Positions 26,387-35,850 of a stretch of DNA of 51,025 nt are shown in pieces. Location: contig JBHIAB010000003.1 of the NCBI GenBank assembly GCA_046758385.1, forward strand, positions 1-51,025. The letters are read 5' to 3'. Position 1 is the first letter of the stretch, and each line of letters starts with the position of its first letter. Under the pieces are notes generated by a model. That model had not been told where the DNA came from. It did not search any database and worked only from the letters and a program-made list of their open reading frames with translations. The translations under genes were made by a program, and so were the position numbers. Source of the stretch: Candidatus Methylomirabilia bacterium. GTDB lineage: Bacteria > Methylomirabilota > Methylomirabilia > Rokubacteriales > CSP1-6.

Positions 26387-27196
26387 CTATCGTCCCTGAA
26401 ACTTGGGCAGGCGCCGCTCGTTGAAGGCGCGTACGCCTTCGAGCCGATCCTCGGTGTTGATGGTGTTGTTGTACGCCTCGATGGCGAGGATCATCCCCGT
26501 CTCCAGATCGGTCTCCGCGCCCCACGTAATGACCTTCTTGACCTGGCGCACCGCCACCGGACCGTTCTGGCAAATCACTTCCCCAATCTCTTGCGCCTTG
26601 GCCCGAGCCTGACCCGCAGAGACCAGGTGATTCACCAGCCCTACGGCCTTGGCTTCCTGAGCGGGGACGCGCCGACCGGTGAAGATCATCTCCTTGGCGA
26701 AGGGAGCCCCAGTGATACGCGGGAGGAGGAGGGGGCCGCCGATGCCAGGAAAGATCCCTCGGGCGACCTCGGGAAGGCCAAACACGGCGGCGTCACTCGC
26801 GACAACGAAGTCGGAGAGCAGGGTGAGCTCGCAGCCCCCGCCGAGCGCGTACCCCTCCACGGCAACGATCACCGGCACCGGACACCGCAGGAGCTTGAAG
26901 GCAGCCTGCTCGAAGATCACGTGCTGCGCCCGCCAGGCCTCGTCGGTCATTCCCTCGCGCTCCTTGAGGTCGGCGCCCACGGAGAACGCCCGCTCTCCTG
27001 CGCCCGTCAGTAGCACCGCCCGGACGGTCTTGTTCCTTTCGAGCCCTTCGAAGCAGGCCAGCAGATCCTCCCCCATGGCGGTGTTCATGGCATTCAGGAC
27101 CCCGGGCCGGTGGAGCTCCACGGTGACCAGATAGCCGTCCTCCGAGCTGGTGACGCGCAGGGAGCGATAGCAGCCAGGACCTTCGTGACGGCTCAT
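26387..27196 (-). CDS. Enoyl-CoA hydratase/isomerase family protein
   Basis: AFSVGADLKER, LGGGCEL, GLPEV..GIFPG, EGVRAFNERR. Confidence 0.93.
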   Translation of the reverse strand: MSRHEGPGCYRSLRVTSSEDGYLVTVELHRPGVLNAMNTAMGEDLLACFEGLERNKTVRAVLLTGAGERAFSVGADLKEREGMTDEAWRAQHVIFEQAAFKLLRCPVPVIVAVEGYALGGGCELTLLSDFVVASDAAVFGLPEVARGIFPGIGGPLLLPRITGAPFAKEMIFTGRRVPAQEAKAVGLVNHLVSAGQARAKAQEIGEVICQNGPVAVRQVKKVITWGAETDLETGMILAIEAYNNTINTEDRLEGVRAFNERRLPKFQGR

Positions 27197-27344
27197 GGCT
27201 GCGCGTCCTTCAGGCATCCAGGGCCGCGGCTGCCCCCTCGTTCCGGGAGCCCCCTGCGGGGATGCAAATTAACCACGCACCTCTCGTTGACCATGCGCGC
27301 ATGTCCTCTCGGGTGAAGAAGATAAGTTAATCGAGGGAAGAACG

Positions 27345-28127
27345 TCAAGGGACAAACCGAACGGAGACGGATCCGAGGCGCGTGAACGTGGCCCGGACCG
27401 TGTCTCCAGCCTTGGGGCGCAGCATCATGGAAATGGAACCGCTCATGACGACATCGCCAGCTCTGAGTCCGAGACCTCGGGCCCCGAGGTTGTTGACGAT
27501 CCAGGTCAGCGAGTTCAGGGGGCTGCCCATCACCTCCGCCGCCGCCGCGGTCCCGGCGATCGCCCCGTTATGCTCATAGACAAGACCTTCCAGCGCCACG
27601 TCCAGATTCGCCATCGGTGTGAGCGGCGCGCCGAGCACGATGGCACTGGCACCGAGCCCATCGGCAATCAAATCCAGGCCGGTCGGCGTGCCGCTCACCC
27701 GGATGTCCACGAGCTCAAGGGCGGGGAGCACGCCATCGATGGCTCGCAGCACATGCGCCGGCGACACCCCCGGCCCGGTGAGGTCCTGTCGCATTATGAA
27801 CGCCAGCTCAGCTTCGACGCCGAGGGTCGCAAACCGCGTCACCGGCACCTCCATCCCACTTGCGGACACGCCCGAGGCCAACAGGAATGCCGACGCTGGT
27901 TCCTGAACCTGATACGTGAGCTGAAACGCGCGGGTGGTGAACGCGACCTTCCACCCGATGAGCCGCTCGCCGCGTGCCAGCAACGCTTCCCGGAGACGAT
28001 CCTGAATCTCGTAGGCCTCAGGGACGGACAACGCACGCGTTTCGCTCGGCGGCGGCACGTGTTGATGGTGCTCTCGAGCCGCTAGAAATTGCTCGACGTA
28101 GGAAGTTGCCATCTGGCTACCGCTCAT
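27345..28127 (-). CDS. 2-keto-4-pentenoate hydratase-like protein (FAH superfamily)
   Basis: AYEIQ, GWKVAFT, VEAELAF, PALELVD.R, GDVVMSGS. Confidence 0.88.
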   Translation of the reverse strand: MSGSQMATSYVEQFLAAREHHQHVPPPSETRALSVPEAYEIQDRLREALLARGERLIGWKVAFTTRAFQLTYQVQEPASAFLLASGVSASGMEVPVTRFATLGVEAELAFIMRQDLTGPGVSPAHVLRAIDGVLPALELVDIRVSGTPTGLDLIADGLGASAIVLGAPLTPMANLDVALEGLVYEHNGAIAGTAAAAEVMGSPLNSLTWIVNNLGARGLGLRAGDVVMSGSISMMLRPKAGDTVRATFTRLGSVSVRFVP

Positions 28128-28139
28128 GAAAACGTGTGC

Positions 28140-28955
28140 TCAGCTCTGCTCTCGGGCCAGCCAGTGCTCAGCCACCTGGCGCCCGGTTGCCCACCAAACG
28201 CCCTCCTGCTCCTTTATAAAGCGGATCAGCTTCCGAAGCCAGATGAGCCGCGAGGGCTGCCCGACGATCTGCGGGTGACACGCCAGATTGAACAGCCCGC
28301 CGAACTCGCACAGGCCAAGGAACTCGTCCCTCCAGATCCCGAAGACCTCCTCCGCGCTCCGCATCGGGCGGTTCGCCCATCGCGGATGGTGGAGATAGAA
28401 GGGCGCATCATCCTGCAACCACTGCACCGGCAGCTCCACGATCGGACGATCCATCCCTCCGTGCAGATACGGGTACACGTCGTCCATCAGATTGCTAGAG
28501 TACAGTAGCCCATGCCGGCGGACGAGATCCAAGGTAATGGGGGTCAGGTTCCAACCCGGCGACCGATGGCCCGTCGGACGCACTCCCAGCGTCCCTTCCA
28601 GCGCCTCCAGGCCCCGGCTGAAAGCGCTTCGCTCGCCCTCCGGATCCGCGGGGTCCGCCCATTCGTGCAGGTAGCCATGGTGACCGATCTCGTGTCCGGC
28701 ATCGCGGATGCTTTTCGCCTGTTCGGAATAGTTTTCCACTACCCAACCCGGGATGAAGAACGTGGCCGGCACAGCTTCGCCAGCCAACACCTCGAGAATC
28801 CGCGGCACCCCGACCCGCGCCCCATACCTGCCCTGGGAGAGGACGCCGGGCCGATCCTTGGTCAGTGGATCCCGAGAGAGCCAGAGCGTCTCGGCATCGA
28901 AATCAAACGTCAGCATCACCGCACAACGGGCACCGTCCGGCCACGGTGAGGGCAT
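28140..28955 (-). CDS. Polysaccharide deacetylase (CE4)/PuuE-like hydrolase
   Basis: LTFDFD, ATFFIPG, HEIGHHGYLH, RSP, DD, HPQ. Confidence 0.9.
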   Translation of the reverse strand: MPSPWPDGARCAVMLTFDFDAETLWLSRDPLTKDRPGVLSQGRYGARVGVPRILEVLAGEAVPATFFIPGWVVENYSEQAKSIRDAGHEIGHHGYLHEWADPADPEGERSAFSRGLEALEGTLGVRPTGHRSPGWNLTPITLDLVRRHGLLYSSNLMDDVYPYLHGGMDRPIVELPVQWLQDDAPFYLHHPRWANRPMRSAEEVFGIWRDEFLGLCEFGGLFNLACHPQIVGQPSRLIWLRKLIRFIKEQEGVWWATGRQVAEHWLAREQS

Positions 28956-29113
28956 GGCGCAGCCTCCTGCTTTGAAGAACAGAACTCCAACGCCTCGGCT
29001 ACGCGAGTGCCAAGAGAATCTCTTCCGGGCCGGCTACGGTCGCCACACCCGGAAGGATTTGGTTCTGTGGCAACCGCCATTGCTCAGACAGTGTGGCACG
29101 ACTTCGAAACCGT

Positions 29114-30022
29114 TCACGCGCGGTCTCCCTGAGCCTTCCGGACCTGAGCAGTCGGCAGAATGGCCGATCCTGTCTGCGATTGAGGGTTGCGTCGTGACCA
29201 CCGACCGGATTCCACCGCGGTGATGAAATCCAACACCGCTCGGTTGAACGCATCAGGTTCCTCTAGGTTGGTCACGTGGCCAGATTTTGGGATGACCAGG
29301 AGCCCGGCGGAGGGAATCTTCCGCTTCATGAAGACTCCCGGCTCCAGACAGGGATCATCTTCATCTCCGGTGATGATCAAAGTCGGCACTTCGAGCGCCT
29401 CGAGCTGGCGTTCGAGGTCAAAGATCGATGGCCGCGTCAGTTGCACGCCCTGTATGGTCAGGGCATGGCCCTTGTCGGATTGGGACACAAACTGGTCGTA
29501 AAATTCCTGCCATCCCTTGGGATCTTTGTCCATGAGCTGAACGCGTGTCGGCCCTCGGGTGTAGAATTCCGCGACCTTCCTCATTCCCTCCTCCTCAAAC
29601 CGCCTTGCCACCAGCTGGACGTCTTTCCGGAAACCCTCGCCGGTAGCACCGCTCCCATACCCGCACCCTGCTACGGTTAGCGAGAGCGCACGGGCCGGGT
29701 AGGTGAGCCCGAAGATCAGCGTGGCGTACCCGCCCATCGACAATCCGCAGATGTGAGCCTTGGAGATGTGCAGGTGATCCAGCAGACCCTTTATGTCCTC
29801 CACGGCGGCCTGCTGCGAGTAAGCCCCTGGATCGTCCGGAACGTCCGAGGGGGGATACCCGCGCGCGTTGAAGGTGATGGTCCGATAGCGCCGGGAAAAA
29901 AACCGCACCTGTAAGTGCCAGCTCTGGTAATCGCCGGCGAATTCGTGCACGAAGACCAGCGGGGCCCCTTGTCCGAGCTCCTCGTAAAACAGGTGAATGC
30001 CGTTGATCAATGCCCTTGGCAT
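29114..30022 (-). CDS. Alpha/beta hydrolase
   Basis: FVHEFAG, GLSMGG nucleophile motif, GDEDD, SGH..NLEEP. Confidence 0.92.
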   Translation of the reverse strand: MPRALINGIHLFYEELGQGAPLVFVHEFAGDYQSWHLQVRFFSRRYRTITFNARGYPPSDVPDDPGAYSQQAAVEDIKGLLDHLHISKAHICGLSMGGYATLIFGLTYPARALSLTVAGCGYGSGATGEGFRKDVQLVARRFEEEGMRKVAEFYTRGPTRVQLMDKDPKGWQEFYDQFVSQSDKGHALTIQGVQLTRPSIFDLERQLEALEVPTLIITGDEDDPCLEPGVFMKRKIPSAGLLVIPKSGHVTNLEEPDAFNRAVLDFITAVESGRWSRRNPQSQTGSAILPTAQVRKAQGDRA

Positions 30023-30135
30023 AGTCGACCTCAGCTCCTTTCAGAGGATATCGTCCTCGACGGGATCGAGGAGCAGACTGAACGACACGCCCCGGCCCCG
30101 ACGTGGGAACTGCGAACCCCGCCGGCGCGAGATTC

Positions 30136-30570
30136 TCATTCCGAGCGCTCAGAGTGGGACCCCGCGCGCGGAATTTCTGCCAGTTCGATCAACACATTGG
30201 CAGTCGATTCCGGGTCGAGGAACGCAATTCGAGTGTTTCCATGGCCAACCCGGGGCTGTTCGTCCAGGAGGCCCACGCCCTTCGCCCTGAGCTCCGTGAG
30301 GGCGCCTTCGATGTCCCCGACCTCCAGGCAGATGTGGAAGAGTCCCTGTCCCTTCTGGGCGATCCACTTTGAGGCGTCGGACGCTTCGGACGTTCCCTGA
30401 AGAAGCTCGAGGTAGGTCTCGCCCACGGGGTACATGGCGATCTTCGTGTGACGCTGTGGGAAGTCCTCCTCGCACTGCAGTTCAAGCCCGAGCTTCTTCT
30501 CGAAGATGTGCTTGACCTCCTCGAGATTGTTGATCGCGATGGCGACGTGCTCCACGCGCTTCACCTTCAT
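30136..30570 (-). CDS. Methylmalonyl-CoA epimerase-like VOC protein
   Basis: EHVAIA, LELL, GLFHICLEV, IAFLDP, LIELAE. Confidence 0.85.
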   Translation of the reverse strand: MKVKRVEHVAIAINNLEEVKHIFEKKLGLELQCEEDFPQRHTKIAMYPVGETYLELLQGTSEASDASKWIAQKGQGLFHICLEVGDIEGALTELRAKGVGLLDEQPRVGHGNTRIAFLDPESTANVLIELAEIPRAGSHSERSE

Positions 30571-30652
30571 GGGTCTCCTCCGGTGCTCGTCAGGCCATGG
30601 TCTTCGTCATCTCGCCATCCACCGACTCGCGTGAACCGCACCGGCAAGGGGT

Positions 30653-31741
30653 TCAACCGCCGCTGCCGGCCTCCCCCAGGCCCAGCCGGCGGTAGTAGGT
30701 CGCTGGCGCGGCATCCCGCCGCTTGTAGATGTGAAGCGTACACGAGCCATCGGCGCGCGAGGGATCCTCGAAGACCCAGTGCGGACGCCCGAACCATTCG
30801 ATGGGCGCCACACCATTCCAGATTGGGCAGTGGGAGCAGTACACGGGAAACCGCTCCTGCCCTAGCGTCAGGGGCCCGAGTTCCTCCACGAACCGCAGGG
30901 CCCGCGGCCCTGAATAGGCCCCGCCCAGCTTCAGGCGCCCTCCGCTGCCGCACGGGGTCTGCACAACCGTGTACTTCTCGTCGTCCTCCCGCACTGCAAC
31001 CGTACCCATGTGCTGCTTGAGCAAGAACACGCTGGCTTGGGCGAACCCGCTCGGAGCGAGCCGCTCCCAGCTCTCAAAGCCCCGGCGCTGCCGCTCCGCC
31101 GTGGCCCGATGGAAACGGTAGAGCTCGGCAGGCCCGAAGTGCTCCAGGATGTAGCTGAAGACCTCGGCCATGAAGCGAACCATGCGATCGTGGAGGGGAA
31201 CGTACTGGCCCCGCTCCTTTTGGTCCAACACCCCGCGGGCCTGAGCCACCTCCCGCGCTTCGATGGCCCGCACCGTCTCCGTCGCGAGGCGCGCCTGTTC
31301 CTGGGCGAAGACGCGCTCGGCAGAGCTCAGGAGATGCGCGGTGGCGGCAAGGTGGTGCTCAAGGTCGGCCGCCAAGGTCGGACTCCGTGCATCCCCCACG
31401 TTCCGAACCGCCTCGACGACGAGGCTCTCGGCGTAGACCTGGCGTAGAAGCGCCCCCATCTCTTGCATGAACCGAAGCAGAAGCGCGACCAGAGCGCTGA
31501 CGGCCGAGTCCCGATCCACGGCCGGCTGGGATCGCGCCGTCTCGCCCAGAAGCTCCAGCAGGACTCGGAGCGTGATGCCGAGCCCCTTGTACATGAGGGT
31601 GTATTCCTTCTCGAGTGATCGCGCCTGACCGTCTCCTTCGAGGGCAAGCCGACGCGCCGTCTCGAAGTCGGCCTCGTCAAGGGCGGTGCGGATCCGATCA
31701 GAGAGTCGCCGGCCCCACTCGCTGGGAGCAGTCAGTTCCAC
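30653..31741 (-). CDS. Uncharacterised protein with C-terminal Cys cluster
   Basis: 362-aa ORF inside the operon; LHD, PCGSGG, YCSHC and a further Cys; GTG start after SD ggag. Confidence 0.75.
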   Translation of the reverse strand: MELTAPSEWGRRLSDRIRTALDEADFETARRLALEGDGQARSLEKEYTLMYKGLGITLRVLLELLGETARSQPAVDRDSAVSALVALLLRFMQEMGALLRQVYAESLVVEAVRNVGDARSPTLAADLEHHLAATAHLLSSAERVFAQEQARLATETVRAIEAREVAQARGVLDQKERGQYVPLHDRMVRFMAEVFSYILEHFGPAELYRFHRATAERQRRGFESWERLAPSGFAQASVFLLKQHMGTVAVREDDEKYTVVQTPCGSGGRLKLGGAYSGPRALRFVEELGPLTLGQERFPVYCSHCPIWNGVAPIEWFGRPHWVFEDPSRADGSCTLHIYKRRDAAPATYYRRLGLGEAGSGG

Positions 31742-31869
31742 CCACCCCGCTCCGTCGCCACTTCCCGGAGGCGCGTCTCAGTGCGAGCGCAGATCGAGAG
31801 CTGGGCCCTGTCGGCAGCAAATCCATGGGCGACCCCATTCTTTACCACACTCTTACCCTTCGCCCTTGC

Positions 31870-31978
31870 CTAGTGCCGTTCCAACTTGTTGCGCCAACTG
31901 TTACCTGCTTGCGTTTACGACAACCATCGCGACTGCGTGCAGTGCAAAAGTCGTCACAAATAGTTGCAACGGCACTAA
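31870..31978. mobile_element. MITE-like element with terminal inverted repeats
   Basis: Left end CTAGTGCCGTTCCAACT; right end AGTTGCAACGGCACTAA is its near-perfect reverse complement; TA at both ends; no ORF. Confidence 0.7.
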
Positions 31979-32937
31979 TCGGCGGTCAGCGGTGGCGCCT
32001 TGGAGAGCCAACCGCGCGAGGTCATCTCCGCCGCGATGAGGCCGTAGATACCCTGGCGGAAGAACTTCATCACCAGGATGACCAGCAGGGCGAACAACAA
32101 CAGGTGCGCCTGTGGGCTGATGTCGCGCACCTGCTCCTGCAAGAACACCAGCAGAATGGCCCCCAGCACTGGTCCGGCCAGGGTGCCGAGTCCGCCCACG
32201 ATGGTCATGGCCAGGATCAGGGCCATCTCGCTCAGGAGAAGCATCTGCGGCGCGACCACCCGCACGAAGAGGTGCGCGTAGATGCCGCCCGCCAGCCCCG
32301 CAAACAGACTGGAAATGACGAAGGCGTTGATCTTCCAGCGCACCACATCGACACCCATCACCGCTGCGGCGTCTTCGTCCTCACGGATGGCCTTGAGATA
32401 GAGGCCGGCCTCTGAGTGCACGAGTTTATAGAGGACCGCCAGCGTGATGAGCGTCAGCCCCAAGAGCGTGTAATAGCCCCAGGTGTGACCTCCAGCATTG
32501 CTGCCAAACAGGTGCGGCACGTGCAGGCCGAGCGAGCCGCGTGTCACCTTGTACTCGACCTGCGCCACCAGACGCAAGATCTCCGAGAAGCCGAGGGTCA
32601 TCAGGGCCAGGTAGGGGCCCCGCAGCCTGAGGCACATCATTCCCAGGAAGTATCCCAGTGCCGCTGCCACCACACCGCCGATGAGCACCCCGAGCAGCGG
32701 CGTCAGGCCGGTATACTTGAAGAGCAACCCCGCGGTGTAGGCGCCAATGGCGGCAAAAGCCGCGTGCGCGAATGAAAGCTGCCCGGCATAGCCCAGCAGC
32801 AGGTTCCACGACGACGCCAGGATGACGGAGTACAGGGCGGTGGCGCAGATCCGCAGCCAGTAGTCCTGAACCAGCAGCGGCACGGCCAAGGAGAGCAGCA
32901 GGGCGACGGCGACAATGCTGGCTTCGAGACGGTTTAT
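31975..32937 (-). CDS. livM: Branched-chain-amino-acid-type ABC permease (LivM-like)
   Basis: NLLLGYAGQLSF, LRGPYLAL, AIREDEDAA..G, GGLGT..GP. Start inferred at ATA 32937 (alternative TTG 32889). Confidence 0.9.
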   Translation of the reverse strand: MNRLEASIVAVALLLSLAVPLLVQDYWLRICATALYSVILASSWNLLLGYAGQLSFAHAAFAAIGAYTAGLLFKYTGLTPLLGVLIGGVVAAALGYFLGMMCLRLRGPYLALMTLGFSEILRLVAQVEYKVTRGSLGLHVPHLFGSNAGGHTWGYYTLLGLTLITLAVLYKLVHSEAGLYLKAIREDEDAAAVMGVDVVRWKINAFVISSLFAGLAGGIYAHLFVRVVAPQMLLLSEMALILAMTIVGGLGTLAGPVLGAILLVFLQEQVRDISPQAHLLLFALLVILVMKFFRQGIYGLIAAEMTSRGWLSKAPPLTAD

Positions 32938-33821
32938 GCGCGGCTCTCCCGCTGTCCGAACAGCCCGTAAGGTCTGATCAGCAGCACCAGCATGAGGACC
33001 AGAAACGCATACACATCCCGATAGGAGACGGCCAGGTACACGGAGCCGAGGCTTTCGACCAGGCCAAGAATCAAGCCCCCGAGAATGGCGCCGGGAATCG
33101 ATCCCATGCCGCCCAGCACGATGACCACAAACGCCTTCACGACGGGCACCGAGCCCACGTCGGGATAGACCAGGAAGATCGGCGCGATGAGCGCTCCCGC
33201 TGCCGCCGCCAGCCCGCCGGCAAGGCCCATGGCAACGAGGTTCATGCCAATGACGTTGATTCCCACCACGGCCGCTCCCACGCGACTCTGCGCCGTGGCC
33301 ATCAGGGCGTGCCCCAGCCAGGTTCTGTAGATCAGAAACAGGGTCGCCGTCAGCAGCACTGCCGCCGTACCGGCGGCAAACAGCCGATCGCCGGCCAGAT
33401 ACAGGTCACCGATGACCTTCTGCGAGCCTTCCCAGAACGAGGCCGGAGTCAATTCGTACGGGCCGATACCCCACAGGGCGGCATTTTGCAGCAGCAATGA
33501 CAGGCCGAAGGTAATGATGATGGCGTACTCCTCGGCGCGTTCCAGGCCCGCGGTATAGACGGGGCGGAGCAGGAGGCGCTCGACCAGAAAACCCACGAGG
33601 CACACTCCCAGCATACTGAGCGCCAGGCCCACGAGGGCCGGCAGGCCGAGGAGAATCGTCAGGAAGTACAGCAGGTACCCGCCCAGCATGTAGAACTCGC
33701 CATGAGCGAAATTTATGATCCGCATGATGCTGAAGATAATGGCCAGACCAAGGGCGATCAGGCCGTAGAGAAGCCCGAAGATCAGACCATTGACGAGCTG
33801 CGACAGCAGGTAGATGTCCAT
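32934..33821 (-). CDS. livH: Branched-chain-amino-acid-type ABC permease (LivH-like)
   Basis: INFAHGEF, KAFVVIVLGGMGSIPG, RPYGLFG. Confidence 0.93.
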   Translation of the reverse strand: MDIYLLSQLVNGLIFGLLYGLIALGLAIIFSIMRIINFAHGEFYMLGGYLLYFLTILLGLPALVGLALSMLGVCLVGFLVERLLLRPVYTAGLERAEEYAIIITFGLSLLLQNAALWGIGPYELTPASFWEGSQKVIGDLYLAGDRLFAAGTAAVLLTATLFLIYRTWLGHALMATAQSRVGAAVVGINVIGMNLVAMGLAGGLAAAAGALIAPIFLVYPDVGSVPVVKAFVVIVLGGMGSIPGAILGGLILGLVESLGSVYLAVSYRDVYAFLVLMLVLLIRPYGLFGQRESRA

Positions 33822-33826
33822 GAAGA

Positions 33827-33868
33827 AGGCAACGGGCAAAAGGCAGAACGCGCTTTTGCCCGTTGCCT
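33827..33868. promoter_or_regulatory. Intercistronic 16-bp stem-loop after the substrate-binding gene
   Basis: AGGCAACGGGCAAAAG / CTTTTGCCCGTTGCCT perfect inverted repeat. Confidence 0.75.
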
Positions 33869-33875
33869 ATCGCCG

Positions 33876-35105
33876 TCATTGCGGACGCGCTATAGGACCG
33901 TTGGCAAAGTTAGGCGGATAGAGAATGCGGGCGTCGGCCGGTGACTGGTTCACCGCCGTGTACTGGAAGATGAACGCCGGCACCTCTTTCCACTGGTTGT
34001 GCCACACTCCTTGTTCTTTGCCGAACTGGATGACGCCTCTGGTCCCCTTGAGCTTGATGTTGTTCAGCGCCGCGATGATCTTCTGCGAGTCAGTCGAGTC
34101 GGCCTGCTTGATGGCCATGCCCAGGGCGTACATCGCGTCATATCCCTGCAGCGGCAGGTAATTGGGCTGTCGCCCGAACTCCTTCACGTACCGCGCCTTG
34201 ACCTTGTTCCCCAGCGCCGTGACGCGCACGCTGGAACTGTAAGGGCAAGCCATCATGACGTACTTGCCAGCCCCCTTCAAGGCGGCCCAGAAGATCTTGG
34301 CGTTCTGTGCCGTGCAGGTCGCATCCAGAACGAGGGTGTTTTTTGACGGCGCAAAGCCAATCTCGTGCGCCTGTTTGAGGAGCAGGAAGCCACCGGGTTG
34401 GGTCACGGCGGTGATCAGCAGGTCCGGTTTCACCTTCGCCTTGTATTTCAGCAGAATGGGCACGAAATCCTTGCTGGTCTTTTCCACCACGTCGCTGGTG
34501 AAGGTGGCCGTGGCGCCGGTACGCTGCATGATGGTCTTGATGTTCTCGGCGATGCCGACGCCATAGTCGGTATCCTCGACCAGGGCGGCGACCTTCTTAA
34601 AGCCAGCTTCGTTGATGATCCCGACGACGTTCTCGGCCTGTTTGGAGTTGTACACGCTGGTGCGGAAGACTTCGGGATAGCCCGCGGCGGTCAGGCCGTC
34701 AAACCAGCAGGAGCCAATCACGAACGGAATGCCATAGCGGTGAAACACCTCGATCTCGGCATTGCAGACTGAGCTGTGATACTCCCCGGCGACGCCCACC
34801 ACCTTGTTCTTGCTGATGAGCTTCTCCACGGCGGTGGCCCCCACGGGCGGTTTGCCCTGCGTGTCCTCCACGAACAGCTCGATGCGTTTGCCCAGCAGGC
34901 CGCCGGCTTCGTTCAGGTCATCCACCGCCCACTGCAGGCCGAGGAGCAGCTGCTTGCCCTGCTGATAGCTGCCTGGGGACGACAGCGGAGCGACGGCGCC
35001 GAGGCGGATGACATCCTCCGCGGCGCTAGCCGGCAGGGTGAAGGCGCAGAGTAGCGCCACGACGGTCAGGAGAGGCAGAACTCGTTGTGCCACAGTTCCA
35101 CGCAT
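33876..35105 (-). CDS. ABC substrate-binding protein (LivJ/LivK-like)
   Basis: Signal peptide, NEAGGLLGKRIEL..EDT, YHSS, DTDYG, GYDA; SD aggagg. Confidence 0.92.
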   Translation of the reverse strand: MRGTVAQRVLPLLTVVALLCAFTLPASAAEDVIRLGAVAPLSSPGSYQQGKQLLLGLQWAVDDLNEAGGLLGKRIELFVEDTQGKPPVGATAVEKLISKNKVVGVAGEYHSSVCNAEIEVFHRYGIPFVIGSCWFDGLTAAGYPEVFRTSVYNSKQAENVVGIINEAGFKKVAALVEDTDYGVGIAENIKTIMQRTGATATFTSDVVEKTSKDFVPILLKYKAKVKPDLLITAVTQPGGFLLLKQAHEIGFAPSKNTLVLDATCTAQNAKIFWAALKGAGKYVMMACPYSSSVRVTALGNKVKARYVKEFGRQPNYLPLQGYDAMYALGMAIKQADSTDSQKIIAALNNIKLKGTRGVIQFGKEQGVWHNQWKEVPAFIFQYTAVNQSPADARILYPPNFANGPIARPQ

Positions 35106-35134
35106 GGTGCACCTCCTTGTAGGTTGAACCATCC

Positions 35135-35848
35135 TCAAATCTGCAGCCACTCCTTGATCATGGCGTGCAGGTTGGTCTGAAACTCCTGGCGCGAGCCGTC
35201 GACACGGTTGCGGCCCAGCTCCAGGACGTAGATGTGATCGGCCAGGGCCACGGCTTCGCGGACATTCTGATCCACCAGCAGGACGGTGAGCCGCTGATCG
35301 CGAAGCCGCCGCAGGGTGGAGTAGATCTCCTTGGCCACCAGAGGCGCCAGGCCCGCCGAAGGCTCGTCGACCACCAGCAGTCGGGGATCAGCGACCAGGC
35401 CGCGGGCCACCTCAAGGATTTTTTGCATGCCGCCGCTGAGCTCGCCAGCCCTTGACCCGCGCCGCTCTGCCAGTATGGGAAAGTGGGCGAAGACGCGCTC
35501 TACGGCCTGCCGGAGGCGTGCGCGGTCACGCCGGAAGCTCCAGCCACCGAGGCGGATGTTCTTCTCGACGCTGAGGTGAGGGAACACGGTGCGTTCCTGG
35601 GGCAGGTAGCTGATCCCCAGGTCCACCATTCGATAGGGCGGCAGCCCCGTGAGGTGCTGATCACGGTAGAGGACATGACCGCTCTTGGGGGGCAAGAAGC
35701 CACAGATGGCGCGCAGCAGGGTCGATTTGCCGGCACCATTCGGCCCGATCACCGACACGATGCGGCCCTCCGGCACCCGCACCGACACCTCTTGCAGGAT
35801 GGCGATGTCCTCGACGTACCCGACCGTGAGATCCTCCACCACGAGCAT
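35135..35848 (-). CDS. livF: ABC ATPase (LivF-like)
   Basis: GPNGAGKST, LSGG, DEPSAGLAP. Confidence 0.93.
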   Translation of the reverse strand: MLVVEDLTVGYVEDIAILQEVSVRVPEGRIVSVIGPNGAGKSTLLRAICGFLPPKSGHVLYRDQHLTGLPPYRMVDLGISYLPQERTVFPHLSVEKNIRLGGWSFRRDRARLRQAVERVFAHFPILAERRGSRAGELSGGMQKILEVARGLVADPRLLVVDEPSAGLAPLVAKEIYSTLRRLRDQRLTVLLVDQNVREAVALADHIYVLELGRNRVDGSRQEFQTNLHAMIKEWLQI

Positions 35849-35850
35849 CG

